DNA of 64,000 nucleotides from Oceanispirochaeta sp. (GCA_963666275.2 CAXXOA010000001.1:1568001-1632000); one strand, 5' to 3'; numbered from the stretch's first letter, positions 41,519-50,673 are shown. Notes: a model not told the origin generated them from the letters alone. Numbers and translations are program-made.

Positions 41519-43117
41519 TCAATCATCCCATTCTGAGGAAATCTTTCTGAACTCCTCCTCCCTTTTGAGAAAAGCATCCACCAGGAGAGGCTGAAAGTGA
41601 TAACCCGATCCCTTTTTAATAATTTGAAGGGATTCTTCATGGGTGAAGGCTTCTTTATAGGGACGTTTTGTTCTCAGAGCATCGTAAACATCTGCAATGG
41701 CCATAATCCTGGCGGACAGAGGTATATGTTTTCCCGCCAAACCGTCAGGATAGCCTGAACCGTCCCATTTCTCATGATGATGCCGCACAAGCTGGACGCC
41801 TATGGTCAGGAATGATGTGACATCCAGCTGATCCATGGCAGACTGCAGAACCCGGGCTCCCATAACAGGGTGAGTCTTTATCACCTCAAATTCCTCTTCG
41901 GTGAGTTTTCCCGGTTTTAACAGAATACTATCGGGAATTCCCACCTTTCCTATGTCGTGAAGGGGCGCCGACCGTTCCAGATCCGCTATATAGCTGTCAG
42001 TGAGGTATTCACTATACTCTCTGTGGCTTTTCAGTTCCTCCGCCAGGAGGCGGCAGTACTTTTTTGTCCGGTTGATATGGTTTCCCGTTTCCTGATCTTT
42101 CAGTTCCGCCAGCAGGGACATGGAGAGGATTGTTACCTCCTGACTCTTATTCTGCCGGATGATCGTATTACGGAGTTTCATGATGATCCTGACAAAAAAG
42201 AGGGCCTGTATGAAAATCAGGAGAAAATTCAAAAGTGTTGATAACCGGGTAATTTTCATAAAAGGAGAGAGAAAATCCTCGACCTGGGCCATGATCACCA
42301 CAGTCAGGCCAAGATCGGACATGCGGGAGCGGGTATAGACCGTATGGTTTCTATTGAAATTTACCGAATCTCTTTCTGTAAGACTGATCTCGATGACAGA
42401 GGGAGGCTCAAGGATTTCATCCAGGTCGGCATGGACATAATCGATGGGATAGGCAAGCTTTATTTTCCCTGTTTCATCTGCAAAAAGAATCGTTCCTGTC
42501 CTGCCGGGAACCAGTTTTTTCAGCTTTTCCTGAATACTGTCAATATTCATGCCTATTCCGGCAATGCCGATCACCTCTCCCCGGTCATTTTTGATTTGCG
42601 CGTTGATCCAGAGCAGTGTCTTGTTCAGTTCCCTGTTGTGATCCACATTGAGAGTTATAGGCTCCTTCATCGACAGGGATTCATAAAACCAGGAATCATC
42701 CGGATCATGGATGGAAAGTTTTTCTATCAGCCTGGAACCCACGTAGAACTCTTCCGTATCCTTCCGGGCGGCAAAACTTGTATCAAACCTGTCCGGTCCT
42801 ATGAGAGCCCCCAGTTCATCCAGGGCCAGTTCCTTTAAAAGGGGATTCGTGTCTCCCGAAAACCAGCGGATGAGCTCCTCTTCATGCACCAGATTGACAG
42901 AGGCTTCAAAGGCTCTGGCTATGACAAGCTGCAGTTCCAGCCTCGCGGTGACATCCATGGAACTCAGGTATTTCTGAATGTTGTTTCGTTCCAGACGATT
43001 GGAACTGATAAACGAGGAGATGGCGAAAAAAACAGTAATGGTTCCAATGATAAGCAACGGAGTCAGATAGGATGAAAATGAGACTTTTGATGATCCGTTT
43101 TGATGTGATACCCGCAT
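41519..43117 (-). CDS. membrane sensor (Cache-like) HD-GYP cyclic-di-GMP phosphodiesterase; start probably ATG 43117
   Basis: Two TMs flanking a periplasmic domain; ETGNH, LHDIGK, HHEKWDGSGYP, ADVYDAL...RPYK. Confidence 0.9.
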   Translation of the reverse strand: MRVSHQNGSSKVSFSSYLTPLLIIGTITVFFAISSFISSNRLERNNIQKYLSSMDVTARLELQLVIARAFEASVNLVHEEELIRWFSGDTNPLLKELALDELGALIGPDRFDTSFAARKDTEEFYVGSRLIEKLSIHDPDDSWFYESLSMKEPITLNVDHNRELNKTLLWINAQIKNDRGEVIGIAGIGMNIDSIQEKLKKLVPGRTGTILFADETGKIKLAYPIDYVHADLDEILEPPSVIEISLTERDSVNFNRNHTVYTRSRMSDLGLTVVIMAQVEDFLSPFMKITRLSTLLNFLLIFIQALFFVRIIMKLRNTIIRQNKSQEVTILSMSLLAELKDQETGNHINRTKKYCRLLAEELKSHREYSEYLTDSYIADLERSAPLHDIGKVGIPDSILLKPGKLTEEEFEVIKTHPVMGARVLQSAMDQLDVTSFLTIGVQLVRHHHEKWDGSGYPDGLAGKHIPLSARIMAIADVYDALRTKRPYKEAFTHEESLQIIKKGSGYHFQPLLVDAFLKREEEFRKISSEWDD

Positions 43118-43337
43118 AATTTCAGTATAAAAGAACCTGCATGCCTTTACCATTATTAACTGATGTCCCGGGATCCCTGTACATACACCATAGGCTCCAT
43201 CTGAATAGACAGAACCTTTATGGTTTTGAAGCGGCATCAGGATGTAAAAGGGGAGGAGTTCAGGAGAATCCATCCCTGCTGCAGAGCTTTCAGTTGAGGT
43301 CTCCCCCCTCTCTCTGTTTAATCCGGACGTCTGCTGA

Positions 43338-43405
43338 TTGACTCAAAGGACAGGCCGGGTCTAGAATCAGAGTCAGCCGGGTCGATTCGTATGAACGGTA
43401 CCGGC
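43338..43405 (+). promoter_or_regulatory. coaX promoter and pan-motif-like leader hairpin
   Basis: TTGACT (43338), 18 bp, TAGAAT (43362); hairpin GCCGG-GUCG-A-UUC-guau-GAA-CGGU-A-CCGGC with two bulged A. Confidence 0.5.
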
Positions 43406-43460
43406 GGTAAAAACTAATCACAATCAATTCAGACTTGATTCTGCAGGAGGACAGGTTCTG

Positions 43461-44234
43461 ATGACATTGACTCTGGATGCGGGCAGTGCCCGGATATTCG
43501 GCGGAGTTCTGCAGGACGGCGGAATTCTCGCTACTTTTCATAAAGATACCTCTAAAGGCTTAACCGAAGACGAACTCGGTCTTTTTCTGCTCCAGTGGCT
43601 GAGCGCCAAAAATCTGGACAGCAGGATGATAGACTCCGTTGTTTTCTGTTCGGTAGTACCCGAACTGAACGGAGTGATCGAGAGATGCAGCAGAAACTAT
43701 TTTGCTCTGGAAGCTCTGACCCTCAGGGCGGGAGTGAAAAGCGGGCTGCAGGTCAAGTATACCAACCATCAGGAACTGGGTGCGGACCTGATCGCCAATG
43801 CGGTGGCGGCTGTGAAACTCTACCCGGGAAGGGACATTATCATTGTCGACTTCGGCACGGCGACAAGCCTCTGTGCTGTGAGCTCCCGGTCCGAGTATCT
43901 GGGGGGAACCCTCATTCCCGGTCTGGATATTGCCATGGAAGCCCTGGCGGAACGGACGGCCCGACTGCCTGTGGTGGAAATCCAGCCGGTTGGCAGGGTC
44001 TGCGGACGTGATGCTGTCAGCGGGATACAGGGGGGACTCTTTTTCGGAACCCTGGGGATGCTCAAAGAGCTGATCCGCAGGATGAACAGAGAGTGTTTCT
44101 CCTCGGAAAATGCCCTCGTGGTGGCCACCGGAGCCCACGCCTCTCTTTTTGAAAAATATTCCATCTTTGATCATATCGTTAACGAACTTGTCCTCCTCGG
44201 GCTGGATCAGATCCGGCGTCTCAATCCGGATTGA
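43461..44234 (+). CDS. coaX: type III pantothenate kinase
   Basis: [33 protein letters not shown]. Confidence 0.93.
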   Translation: MTLTLDAGSARIFGGVLQDGGILATFHKDTSKGLTEDELGLFLLQWLSAKNLDSRMIDSVVFCSVVPELNGVIERCSRNYFALEALTLRAGVKSGLQVKYTNHQELGADLIANAVAAVKLYPGRDIIIVDFGTATSLCAVSSRSEYLGGTLIPGLDIAMEALAERTARLPVVEIQPVGRVCGRDAVSGIQGGLFFGTLGMLKELIRRMNRECFSSENALVVATGAHASLFEKYSIFDHIVNELVLLGLDQIRRLNPD

Positions 44235-44289
44235 TTGCCGGGGGATATTCTCTTACATGCGGGAGTATTCCACCGAAGGAGAACAGAAT

Positions 44290-45195
44290 ATGCATACTCA
44301 GAACTGGTCGGAAAGACAGAAATCCACCTGGAAGAGCAAGGTGGGCCTGGCGGAAATGCTCAAAGGGGGCGTTATCATGGACGTGGTGACCCCCGAGCAG
44401 GCAAAAATCGCCGAAGAGGCAGGAGCCGCCGCGGTCATGGCTCTGGAAAGGGTTCCTGCGGATATCAGGAGAGACGGCGGTGTGGCCAGGATGTCCGATC
44501 CCGATCTTATCCTGTCCATTCAGGAGGCCGTGACCATTCCAGTCATGGCCAAATGCCGGATCGGTCATGTAACGGAAGCCCGGATACTGGAGGCCATGGC
44601 TGTGGACTTTATCGATGAATCGGAAGTGCTCACACCGGCGGATGACAGGTATCATATCTTCAAAGACAATTTCAGGGTGCCCTTTGTCTGCGGCTGCCGG
44701 AATCTGGGAGAAGCCCTCAGGCGGATCGGAGAAGGGGCTGCCATGATCCGGACCAAAGGAGAGGCCGGAACGGGAGACATTGTGGAAGCCGTTCGGCATA
44801 TGAGAACTCTCAAGGAGGATATCGCCCGGATTCAGGGACTGCCAGAAGAGACCCTGATGACCGTGGCCAAAGACATGGGGGCTCCCTATGATCTGATCCT
44901 GGAGGTAGCCCGGACCGGAGCCCTGCCGGTACCCAACTTTTCCGCCGGCGGAGTGGCGACTCCCGCCGATGCGGCCCTGATGGTCACTCTGGGTGCGGAA
45001 GCTGTTTTTGTCGGGTCCGGGGTATTCAAGTCGGAAGATCCCCGGAAAAGAGCCCGGGCCATTGTGGAGGCCGTGACCTTTTATGATGACCCGGCAAAGC
45101 TTGTTGAAATTTCCCGCAGTCTGGGAGCTCCCATGACCGGGATCGGCATGGACGAGCTGGCTCCGGAGCAGAGAATTGCCGGCCGGGGATGGTAG
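44290..45195 (+). CDS. pdxS: pyridoxal 5'-phosphate synthase lyase subunit (start moved to ATG 44290)
   Basis: [47 protein letters not shown]. Confidence 0.98.
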   Translation: MHTQNWSERQKSTWKSKVGLAEMLKGGVIMDVVTPEQAKIAEEAGAAAVMALERVPADIRRDGGVARMSDPDLILSIQEAVTIPVMAKCRIGHVTEARILEAMAVDFIDESEVLTPADDRYHIFKDNFRVPFVCGCRNLGEALRRIGEGAAMIRTKGEAGTGDIVEAVRHMRTLKEDIARIQGLPEETLMTVAKDMGAPYDLILEVARTGALPVPNFSAGGVATPADAALMVTLGAEAVFVGSGVFKSEDPRKRARAIVEAVTFYDDPAKLVEISRSLGAPMTGIGMDELAPEQRIAGRGW

Positions 45196-45198
45196 GGA

Positions 45199-45753
45199 AT
45201 GACGGGAATACTGGCTCTGCAGGGGGGCTATGAGGCTCATAGAAAAATGGTCCTGTCTCTGAATGAGTCCTGCGCTCTGGTAAGGACTGAGCAGGACCTT
45301 TCGGGGATGGACCGGCTGATTCTGCCGGGGGGAGAGAGTACTGTCATGATCAGGCTCCTGACCCGGTACGGTCTTCTGGAAGGGCTCCGGAAGCGTATAG
45401 AAGGGGGGATGCCCGTCTTCGGAACCTGTGCGGGACTGATTCTGCTTTCCCGGCAGGTGGAGGATTCTGAGCTGACCGGTCCCGGAGGACTGGATCTCCG
45501 GGTCAGGCGGAACGCCTACGGAAGGCAGATAGAGAGTTTTGAAACCGACCTGACCTGGGAACAGGGACAGATAAGAGCTCTTTTTATAAGAGCTCCTGAA
45601 ATCATCCATACAGGGGGAGGGGTTGAAATCCTTTCCTCCCTGAAGGAGACTCCCGTTCTTGTGAGGCAGAAAAACTGTCTGGCCGCCAGCTTCCATCCGG
45701 AACTGACAGGTTATAGGGAAATCCACCGGTACTTCCTGAAAGAAATCGGGTAA
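45199..45753 (+). CDS. pdxT: pyridoxal 5'-phosphate synthase glutaminase subunit
   Basis: GILALQG, PGGEST, GTCAG, FIRAP, FHPE. Confidence 0.98.
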   Translation: MTGILALQGGYEAHRKMVLSLNESCALVRTEQDLSGMDRLILPGGESTVMIRLLTRYGLLEGLRKRIEGGMPVFGTCAGLILLSRQVEDSELTGPGGLDLRVRRNAYGRQIESFETDLTWEQGQIRALFIRAPEIIHTGGGVEILSSLKETPVLVRQKNCLAASFHPELTGYREIHRYFLKEIG

Positions 45754-45759
45754 TACACA

Positions 45760-45808
45760 GGGCTGCTGTTTTCTCAGAATTGGGAAAACTGCAGCCCCTT
45801 CCTTTTTT
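45760..45808 (+). terminator. intrinsic terminator after pdxT
   Basis: GGGCTGC/GCAGCCC plus GTTTTCTCA/TGGGAAAAC stem, pyrimidine/T tail. Confidence 0.7.
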
Positions 45809-45865
45809 ATCCCTACGGGATATCCTATAATCCTGTAAAAGACGAGAAAAAGCAGGATTGTAACA

Positions 45866-46960
45866 ATGGGATTAAAAAGTGTTGTAAGCGATGTGGACCG
45901 GGTATTCAAGGTCATAGGATTGCTTTTTACTTTCGGCGGGCTTTATTTGGGAACTCTCATGTTTCTGCAGGCTCCGGATGTTCTGGAGCTTCGCGGAACG
46001 ATCGAATCTGTCAAAGTGGAAAAGTCCCGGCCTCTGGGATTCGAGGATATCCCGGTGGACTCCACCGATCCGGAACATCAGAATATCCCATTGAATGTGA
46101 TTACCTATGCTACGGTCTCCTATGAGGTGAACGGCCGGACCTATGAAGGGCTGATCAACTCCTGGGAGGAAGAGAGCTCCTGGGAGGAAGGCAGGGAGAT
46201 TGTTCTCTATTATGTGGAAGGGGAGGAAGATGTTCCTATGAATCACTTCCCCTCGGAAGCGGCGGGGAGGAAGAAGTCCTCTCTTATAGCCGGCGGAGCC
46301 ATGACGGTAATGGGGCTGATTCTGCTGACAGCAGGACTGGCCTCGGGAATCGGCCGGAAAAAGCAGGGCCGGATTCTTATGGAAAAGATCAGGCGCATAA
46401 AGAAACAGAACTGGCAGCCCCGATTGTTATACTCATCAGAGGTGCTGTATGAAAACCTGGACCGGGGCAATCCCTTTTCAGGAATCATCCTGACAGTAAT
46501 AGGTATAGGGTTTCTGGGAGGTGGTCTGGCGGGAATCCTGTCTGCCGGAACTCTGGCAGACAGGGCCTATCCTGTTTTTCCGGTTCTCCTGGGTCTGGGG
46601 GTTATCTTTCTGGGGACCAAAGAGTTTTACAGGGAAGAGGTTAAGGTAAACAACAAAGATGTTTATGTGAAATATACCTCTCTCTGGACCCGGTATGAGG
46701 AAAAAGTTCCTCTCAGCCAATTCGGAGGAATCAAAGATATTCTGCTTATCAAACAGCATGGAAATCTGCGGACAAGGAGATATCTCAGATATCTGGTTCT
46801 GATTCATGAAGATTTCAGATTTCATGAGCTGCCTCTTGTCTTTTTAAAGGACGATGAAGAGAGTGAAGAAAAAATCAGAGAGGTTTCCGGGAAACTGGGA
46901 CTGCCTCTTGTAGAAATCAATGGGGAGGACCTCAGGCTGATCTATCCCGAACAGCTGTAA
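45866..46960 (+). CDS. membrane protein, DUF3592-like N-terminal region
   Basis: TM, beta-rich domain (ATVSYEVNGRTY...GREIVLYY), then further TMs. Confidence 0.6.
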   Translation: MGLKSVVSDVDRVFKVIGLLFTFGGLYLGTLMFLQAPDVLELRGTIESVKVEKSRPLGFEDIPVDSTDPEHQNIPLNVITYATVSYEVNGRTYEGLINSWEEESSWEEGREIVLYYVEGEEDVPMNHFPSEAAGRKKSSLIAGGAMTVMGLILLTAGLASGIGRKKQGRILMEKIRRIKKQNWQPRLLYSSEVLYENLDRGNPFSGIILTVIGIGFLGGGLAGILSAGTLADRAYPVFPVLLGLGVIFLGTKEFYREEVKVNNKDVYVKYTSLWTRYEEKVPLSQFGGIKDILLIKQHGNLRTRRYLRYLVLIHEDFRFHELPLVFLKDDEESEEKIREVSGKLGLPLVEINGEDLRLIYPEQL

Positions 46961-46990
46961 TTTCCTCTCCTGAACAGAAGAGGACACAGT

Positions 46991-47632
46991 ATGTTAAAGC
47001 AAATGAAAAGAGCCATTCTAATGATCATCCTGACAGGAACAGGTCTCCTGGGAGCAGAATCGAGCGAACCCTGGTCCCTGGAAATCCTGCCGGGAGAGAA
47101 CTATATCCACACAAAATGGTTCGGAATCATTCCTGTTAAACTGACTCCCCAGATAGCAGTCTGGGCAGAAACAGAAAGGGGAGAGTATATAGAGACCCTT
47201 TATATCACCGAACAGTCAGCCCGGAACAGGTGGAAAGGCGCTGAAAGCCGGCCGGAAGCCCTGCCTGTCTATTTTCATCTTTCCCGCCCGGAACAGAATG
47301 GTTCTGTCGATGCAGTCTCTGCCGCCACATCCCGTGAGGGTGTAGATAAATGGAGTGTTTCATTCCCCTCATCCGGAACGCCGCTGGTTATTAAAGCAGA
47401 AGTGAATGCTTCCTTTGACTATAACAGCAGGTATGCAAAAAAGAATTCCGGAGTGAACGGCCAGCCTTCCCTTATCTATTCCGGCTTATGGACGGGGACT
47501 GAAAATACAATCATTCTGACAGCTGTGGGAACCGGCGATTTGACAGGTCAGGGCGGAACCATCTCTGAGGATCTGTCCGGTCTGACTACAGCTTTCACGA
47601 TTCTCAGAGAAATAAAACTGAAAAAGGAATAA
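46991..47632 (+). CDS. exported DUF2271-like protein
   Basis: Signal peptide; PQIAVWAE...YIETLYIT, VDAVSAAT, EVNASFDYN, GQPSLIY. Confidence 0.7.
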   Translation: MLKQMKRAILMIILTGTGLLGAESSEPWSLEILPGENYIHTKWFGIIPVKLTPQIAVWAETERGEYIETLYITEQSARNRWKGAESRPEALPVYFHLSRPEQNGSVDAVSAATSREGVDKWSVSFPSSGTPLVIKAEVNASFDYNSRYAKKNSGVNGQPSLIYSGLWTGTENTIILTAVGTGDLTGQGGTISEDLSGLTTAFTILREIKLKKE

Positions 47633-47656
47633 TCCTTCTGAACGAAAGATCAGAAA

Positions 47657-47692
47657 GCAGGTGAGACCGGGATGAAACATCGGCTCACCTGC
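47657..47692. terminator. GC-rich stem-loop just outside the prophage boundary
   Basis: GCAGGTGAG/CTCACCTGC arms with an inner GATG/CATC stem; a short T tail only on the minus strand. Confidence 0.5.
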
Positions 47693-47733
47693 CAGTATGA
47701 GATTACATTTTTTCTGCGACAAGATCCGGGTAG

Positions 47734-47777
47734 TGTAGGATGATGCGATAATACTAACAGAAACCTGCGATAATTCC
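47734..47777 (+). repeat. putative prophage terminus: TG followed by two tandem 22-bp imperfect repeats (core TGCGATAAT)
   Basis: TGCGATAAT at 47744 and 47766, 22 bp apart; 13 of 22 positions identical between the units. Confidence 0.55.
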
Positions 47778-47965
47778 GGGATTTTCAGGTTTTTAACGGG
47801 ATATATCGGAAGACCGATTTAGAAAAGCTTTCATAATATGAGAAAAAACGCGGTGGGGAAATCTGCCGGATCCTTTCAGTAATTTGAATTACTAACCACC
47901 ATTACATTACGATTTCAGCCTCTTCCATTTACTCTGATTTCAGATATGAAAGATGAGGTGGAATC

Positions 47966-48379
47966 GTGATCCTACAGACAAGCCCTGAGCTGGATCGGCA
48001 AATTAAAAAGAATGGATGCTATTTTATGAGCATCCTCTTTCTGGCAGGCCAGAAATCCTGTCAAAGCTATCACACTGAAGATATCACGCGGATTAAGAAT
48101 GAAGCAATAAAAAAAGGATACCTTAGAAAAGATTGTTTTGTAAAAGATCCTGAAGGGATATTTCTTCTTGCCGGACTTCCTGTCCAATATACGAATACTC
48201 ACGAACCACCCTCAAGAAAAGTTGAATCCGATGAGCTTGAAATTCTCTATTACCGCTGGAAAGATGCCGGTCATTTTGTCGCAGGGGAAAACGGGGAAGT
48301 AGCTTACGACCCGATGGGAATGTCCAATTCTGTACAGTTGGGAGAGCTTCAGTCAAAGCGGATCTTTAAAGTTTTATGA
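47966..48379 (+). CDS. DUF261-like / papain-fold (C39-like) protein, candidate endolysin
   Basis: Q..GCYF, GHFV and YDP motifs; GAGGTG SD with GTG start; first gene of the lysis cluster. Confidence 0.55.
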   Translation: MILQTSPELDRQIKKNGCYFMSILFLAGQKSCQSYHTEDITRIKNEAIKKGYLRKDCFVKDPEGIFLLAGLPVQYTNTHEPPSRKVESDELEILYYRWKDAGHFVAGENGEVAYDPMGMSNSVQLGELQSKRIFKVL

Positions 48380-48420
48380 ATCTCCGAGAGTTTCTCTGAG
48401 AAATAAATCATTAGGAGTAA

Positions 48421-48747
48421 ATGGTGAAAAATCTTACATCAATTATTGGGCTGATTTTAATTGTACTGGCAGTTCTGTGTGGGTATTTTATGGACTTCCC
48501 ACAGACTTGGATGCTTCAGGTTGTATCGGCCTCTGCTGGTCTGGCCATGGTCTTTCTGGATCAGGTTAAAAAGCGGGATAAAAAGGATTATTGGAAGGTC
48601 TATGTGATCGGTTTTATTTTATCCATAGGAACCATACTTGCGATATTCGGTGGAGTAAGTGATGCCACAATAACAACTATTATCGGAGCTGTGCTTATTG
48701 TTGCTGGAGCGGCTGTTGGAGTTTTGGCCGGTGTCAAAAATGGCTGA
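48421..48747 (+). CDS. four-TM small membrane protein, holin/antiholin candidate
   Basis: Four hydrophobic segments in 108 aa; AGGAG SD; lysis-cluster position. Confidence 0.55.
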   Translation: MVKNLTSIIGLILIVLAVLCGYFMDFPQTWMLQVVSASAGLAMVFLDQVKKRDKKDYWKVYVIGFILSIGTILAIFGGVSDATITTIIGAVLIVAGAAVGVLAGVKNG

Positions 48748-48949
48748 AATTAAACCCTGGTATCGATCCACAAAGAAGATGACTGGAATAATCTTCCTGG
48801 CCAATGGATTAGGAATGAGCTGGTTCTCATTTTTTCAGCAGAATCCAAATGATCCGGTAGCAATTATCGGGATGTTGCTGGGAACAGGGATAACTCTTCT
48901 AGGCATAAAAACAGCTGGCGGCGTGATGGCTGCAAAGTTTGGATTATGA
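48740..48949 (+). CDS. two-TM holin-like protein (start ATG 48740)
   Basis: MAEIKPWYRSTK N-terminus followed by two TMs; overlaps neighbouring genes. Confidence 0.55.
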   Translation: MAEIKPWYRSTKKMTGIIFLANGLGMSWFSFFQQNPNDPVAIIGMLLGTGITLLGIKTAGGVMAAKFGL

Positions 48950-49212
48950 GCTGGATCACTACGGCAAAAGTAGTTTTGATTCTCAGCCTGGTAGGTATTA
49001 CTGCTTACCAGGCTTTACGGATTAAGGCTCTTAAAAAGGACAACAAACAGAAGGACAAGGATGTTGAAACAGCCGAACAAAAAAACAAAGAAGCTGTCAC
49101 TACTCACAATGAACAGCAGCGGATCAGAGAAGAAGCTCAGAAGGAGAAAAAAGAGCTTGAAAATACCGATGATGACGATCTTGCCGATCGTGCTGACAAT
49201 CTTTTTCCTTAG
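48946..49212 (+). CDS. inner-membrane spanin (Rz-like) candidate
   Basis: Single N-terminal TM plus a charged coiled coil; overlaps the lipoprotein gene. Confidence 0.6.
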   Translation: MSWITTAKVVLILSLVGITAYQALRIKALKKDNKQKDKDVETAEQKNKEAVTTHNEQQRIREEAQKEKKELENTDDDDLADRADNLFP

Positions 49213-49444
49213 TTGCCAGACCTCTTCTTCAGAACCTTATAAGGGAGGTTACTCTGATTTTGACATCCCGATTCAGCCGGAAATTAGATCCGTTGATTTT
49301 ATGCGACTGGAGGATAAATCAGGGTTCTTCCTGATCAACCAAGAGTACAGAAATTTAGAGCACAATATTATCGAGTACCGTCGGTATATCGGAGAGCTGG
49401 AATCACAGCTTGGAATACCTCCTGAAGGTAGGTTTAATGGATAA
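49169..49444 (+). CDS. lipoprotein, outer-membrane spanin (Rz1-like) candidate
   Basis: MMTILPIVLTIFFLS-C lipoprotein signal starting inside the upstream gene in another frame. Confidence 0.6.
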   Translation: MMTILPIVLTIFFLSCQTSSSEPYKGGYSDFDIPIQPEIRSVDFMRLEDKSGFFLINQEYRNLEHNIIEYRRYIGELESQLGIPPEGRFNG

Positions 49445-49826
49445 ATATATTCTACCTCTTGCTATCCAGGCTATCGGTACTACCGGGTCGGTAATTGGTG
49501 TGGTTTGGAGGATACAGAAAGCTCAATCAGACAAACATAAAGCAGAGCTGGAAAACCTCTCTAAAAAACATGATATAGAGATGAAAGCTTTACAGGAATC
49601 CTTCAAGGAAGAGCTTATTTCAATCAGAGAAATCATGTCTGAATGGGAGAAGCAGCGGAGGAATGGAGATCACGCTCTACATGAAAGAATCAATCAAATT
49701 GAAAGTAATGCTTATAAGGAAATAAACACCCGTCTTTCTCATATAGAAGGCCAGTTGAAAGGTCTTAATAATGTCACTCGGGTGATGGAAGAATGGCTTA
49801 TTAGAAATGGAGGAAAAGTCGAATGA
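49437..49826 (+). CDS. TM + coiled-coil protein, positional equivalent of Mu gp25 (DUF2730-like)
   Basis: N-terminal hydrophobic helix, coiled coil ending LSHIEGQLKGL; immediately before the gp26-like gene. Confidence 0.5.
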   Translation: MDKYILPLAIQAIGTTGSVIGVVWRIQKAQSDKHKAELENLSKKHDIEMKALQESFKEELISIREIMSEWEKQRRNGDHALHERINQIESNAYKEINTRLSHIEGQLKGLNNVTRVMEEWLIRNGGKVE

Positions 49827-50116
49827 AAACTGATGTATTCAGCCCTAACCAGAGACGGATCATCCTGGAAGCTCTCGAAGGGGATAATGACTACTCATTG
49901 AACAATGGAATCCTGCAGAAAATCCTGGTTGAATTCGGTCATGGAGTCGGCAGAGAAAAGACGGATAAAGAAATTGCCTGGCTTGAAGAAAAAGGTCTTG
50001 TAACTGTGGAAGAGCTGACCGATAGCCTTAACGTCGTAAAGTTGACATCCAAGGGTTTGGATGTAGCTCACGGGCATGACAGAATTGAAGGTGTTGAACG
50101 CCCCGGCGTGGAGTAA
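49823..50116 (+). CDS. Mu gp26-like winged-helix protein
   Basis: RRIILEAL...YSLN...IAWLEEKGLV...LTSKGLDVAHG...GVERP pattern. Confidence 0.85.
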   Translation: MKTDVFSPNQRRIILEALEGDNDYSLNNGILQKILVEFGHGVGREKTDKEIAWLEEKGLVTVEELTDSLNVVKLTSKGLDVAHGHDRIEGVERPGVE

Positions 50117-50118
50117 AT

Positions 50119-50673
50119 ATGGGGCGAAAATCCAATATAGACAAGCTCCCGGATGAGCTGAGAGAGAAGCTCCGTGAGCTGCTTAATAATTCTTCTGTAA
50201 CCCAGGCTGAAATCGTTGAAGTCATCAATGAAAAAGCAGGGGAACCTGTCCTCAGTACCAGTTCGGTAAACCGCTATGCCCTGCGGATGCAGAAACAGAT
50301 TGAGAAGACCAAACAAGCTCGGGAAGTAGCTGAAGCCTACATGAATAAAATGGGTGGAAATACCAGAAATCAGCTTGGAAAAGTTGTGAACGAGCAGATC
50401 CGTCTGATGAGCTTTGAGCTGATGACGGACATAGAGGAATTGAAGGAGAACGGAGAGACCGATCCAGGCCTAGTAATAGACCTGATATACAAAGTCAGCC
50501 GGGGGCTCAAAGAGCTGGAACAAGCTGAAAAACTTAACGCAGAAAGGGAATCCGATATCAGAAAAGAAGCCCTGAATGAAGCTGCTGCAACGGCAGAAAA
50601 ACAGCTAAAAAAAGAAGGTCTTTCCAATGATTCGATAATCCGTATAAAGAAGGAGATTCTGGGTATATCATGA
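50119..50673 (+). CDS. DUF3486 / Mu gp27-like protein (putative terminase small subunit)
   Basis: MGRKSNIDKLP...STSSVNRY...GLS...IKKEILGI. Confidence 0.88.
   Translation: MGRKSNIDKLPDELREKLRELLNNSSVTQAEIVEVINEKAGEPVLSTSSVNRYALRMQKQIEKTKQAREVAEAYMNKMGGNTRNQLGKVVNEQIRLMSFELMTDIEELKENGETDPGLVIDLIYKVSRGLKELEQAEKLNAERESDIRKEALNEAAATAEKQLKKEGLSNDSIIRIKKEILGIS

Noticed and set aside
44221..45915. 564-aa minus-strand ORF
   Set aside because: Antisense shadow across the GC-rich pdxS-pdxT genes; no recognisable motifs.
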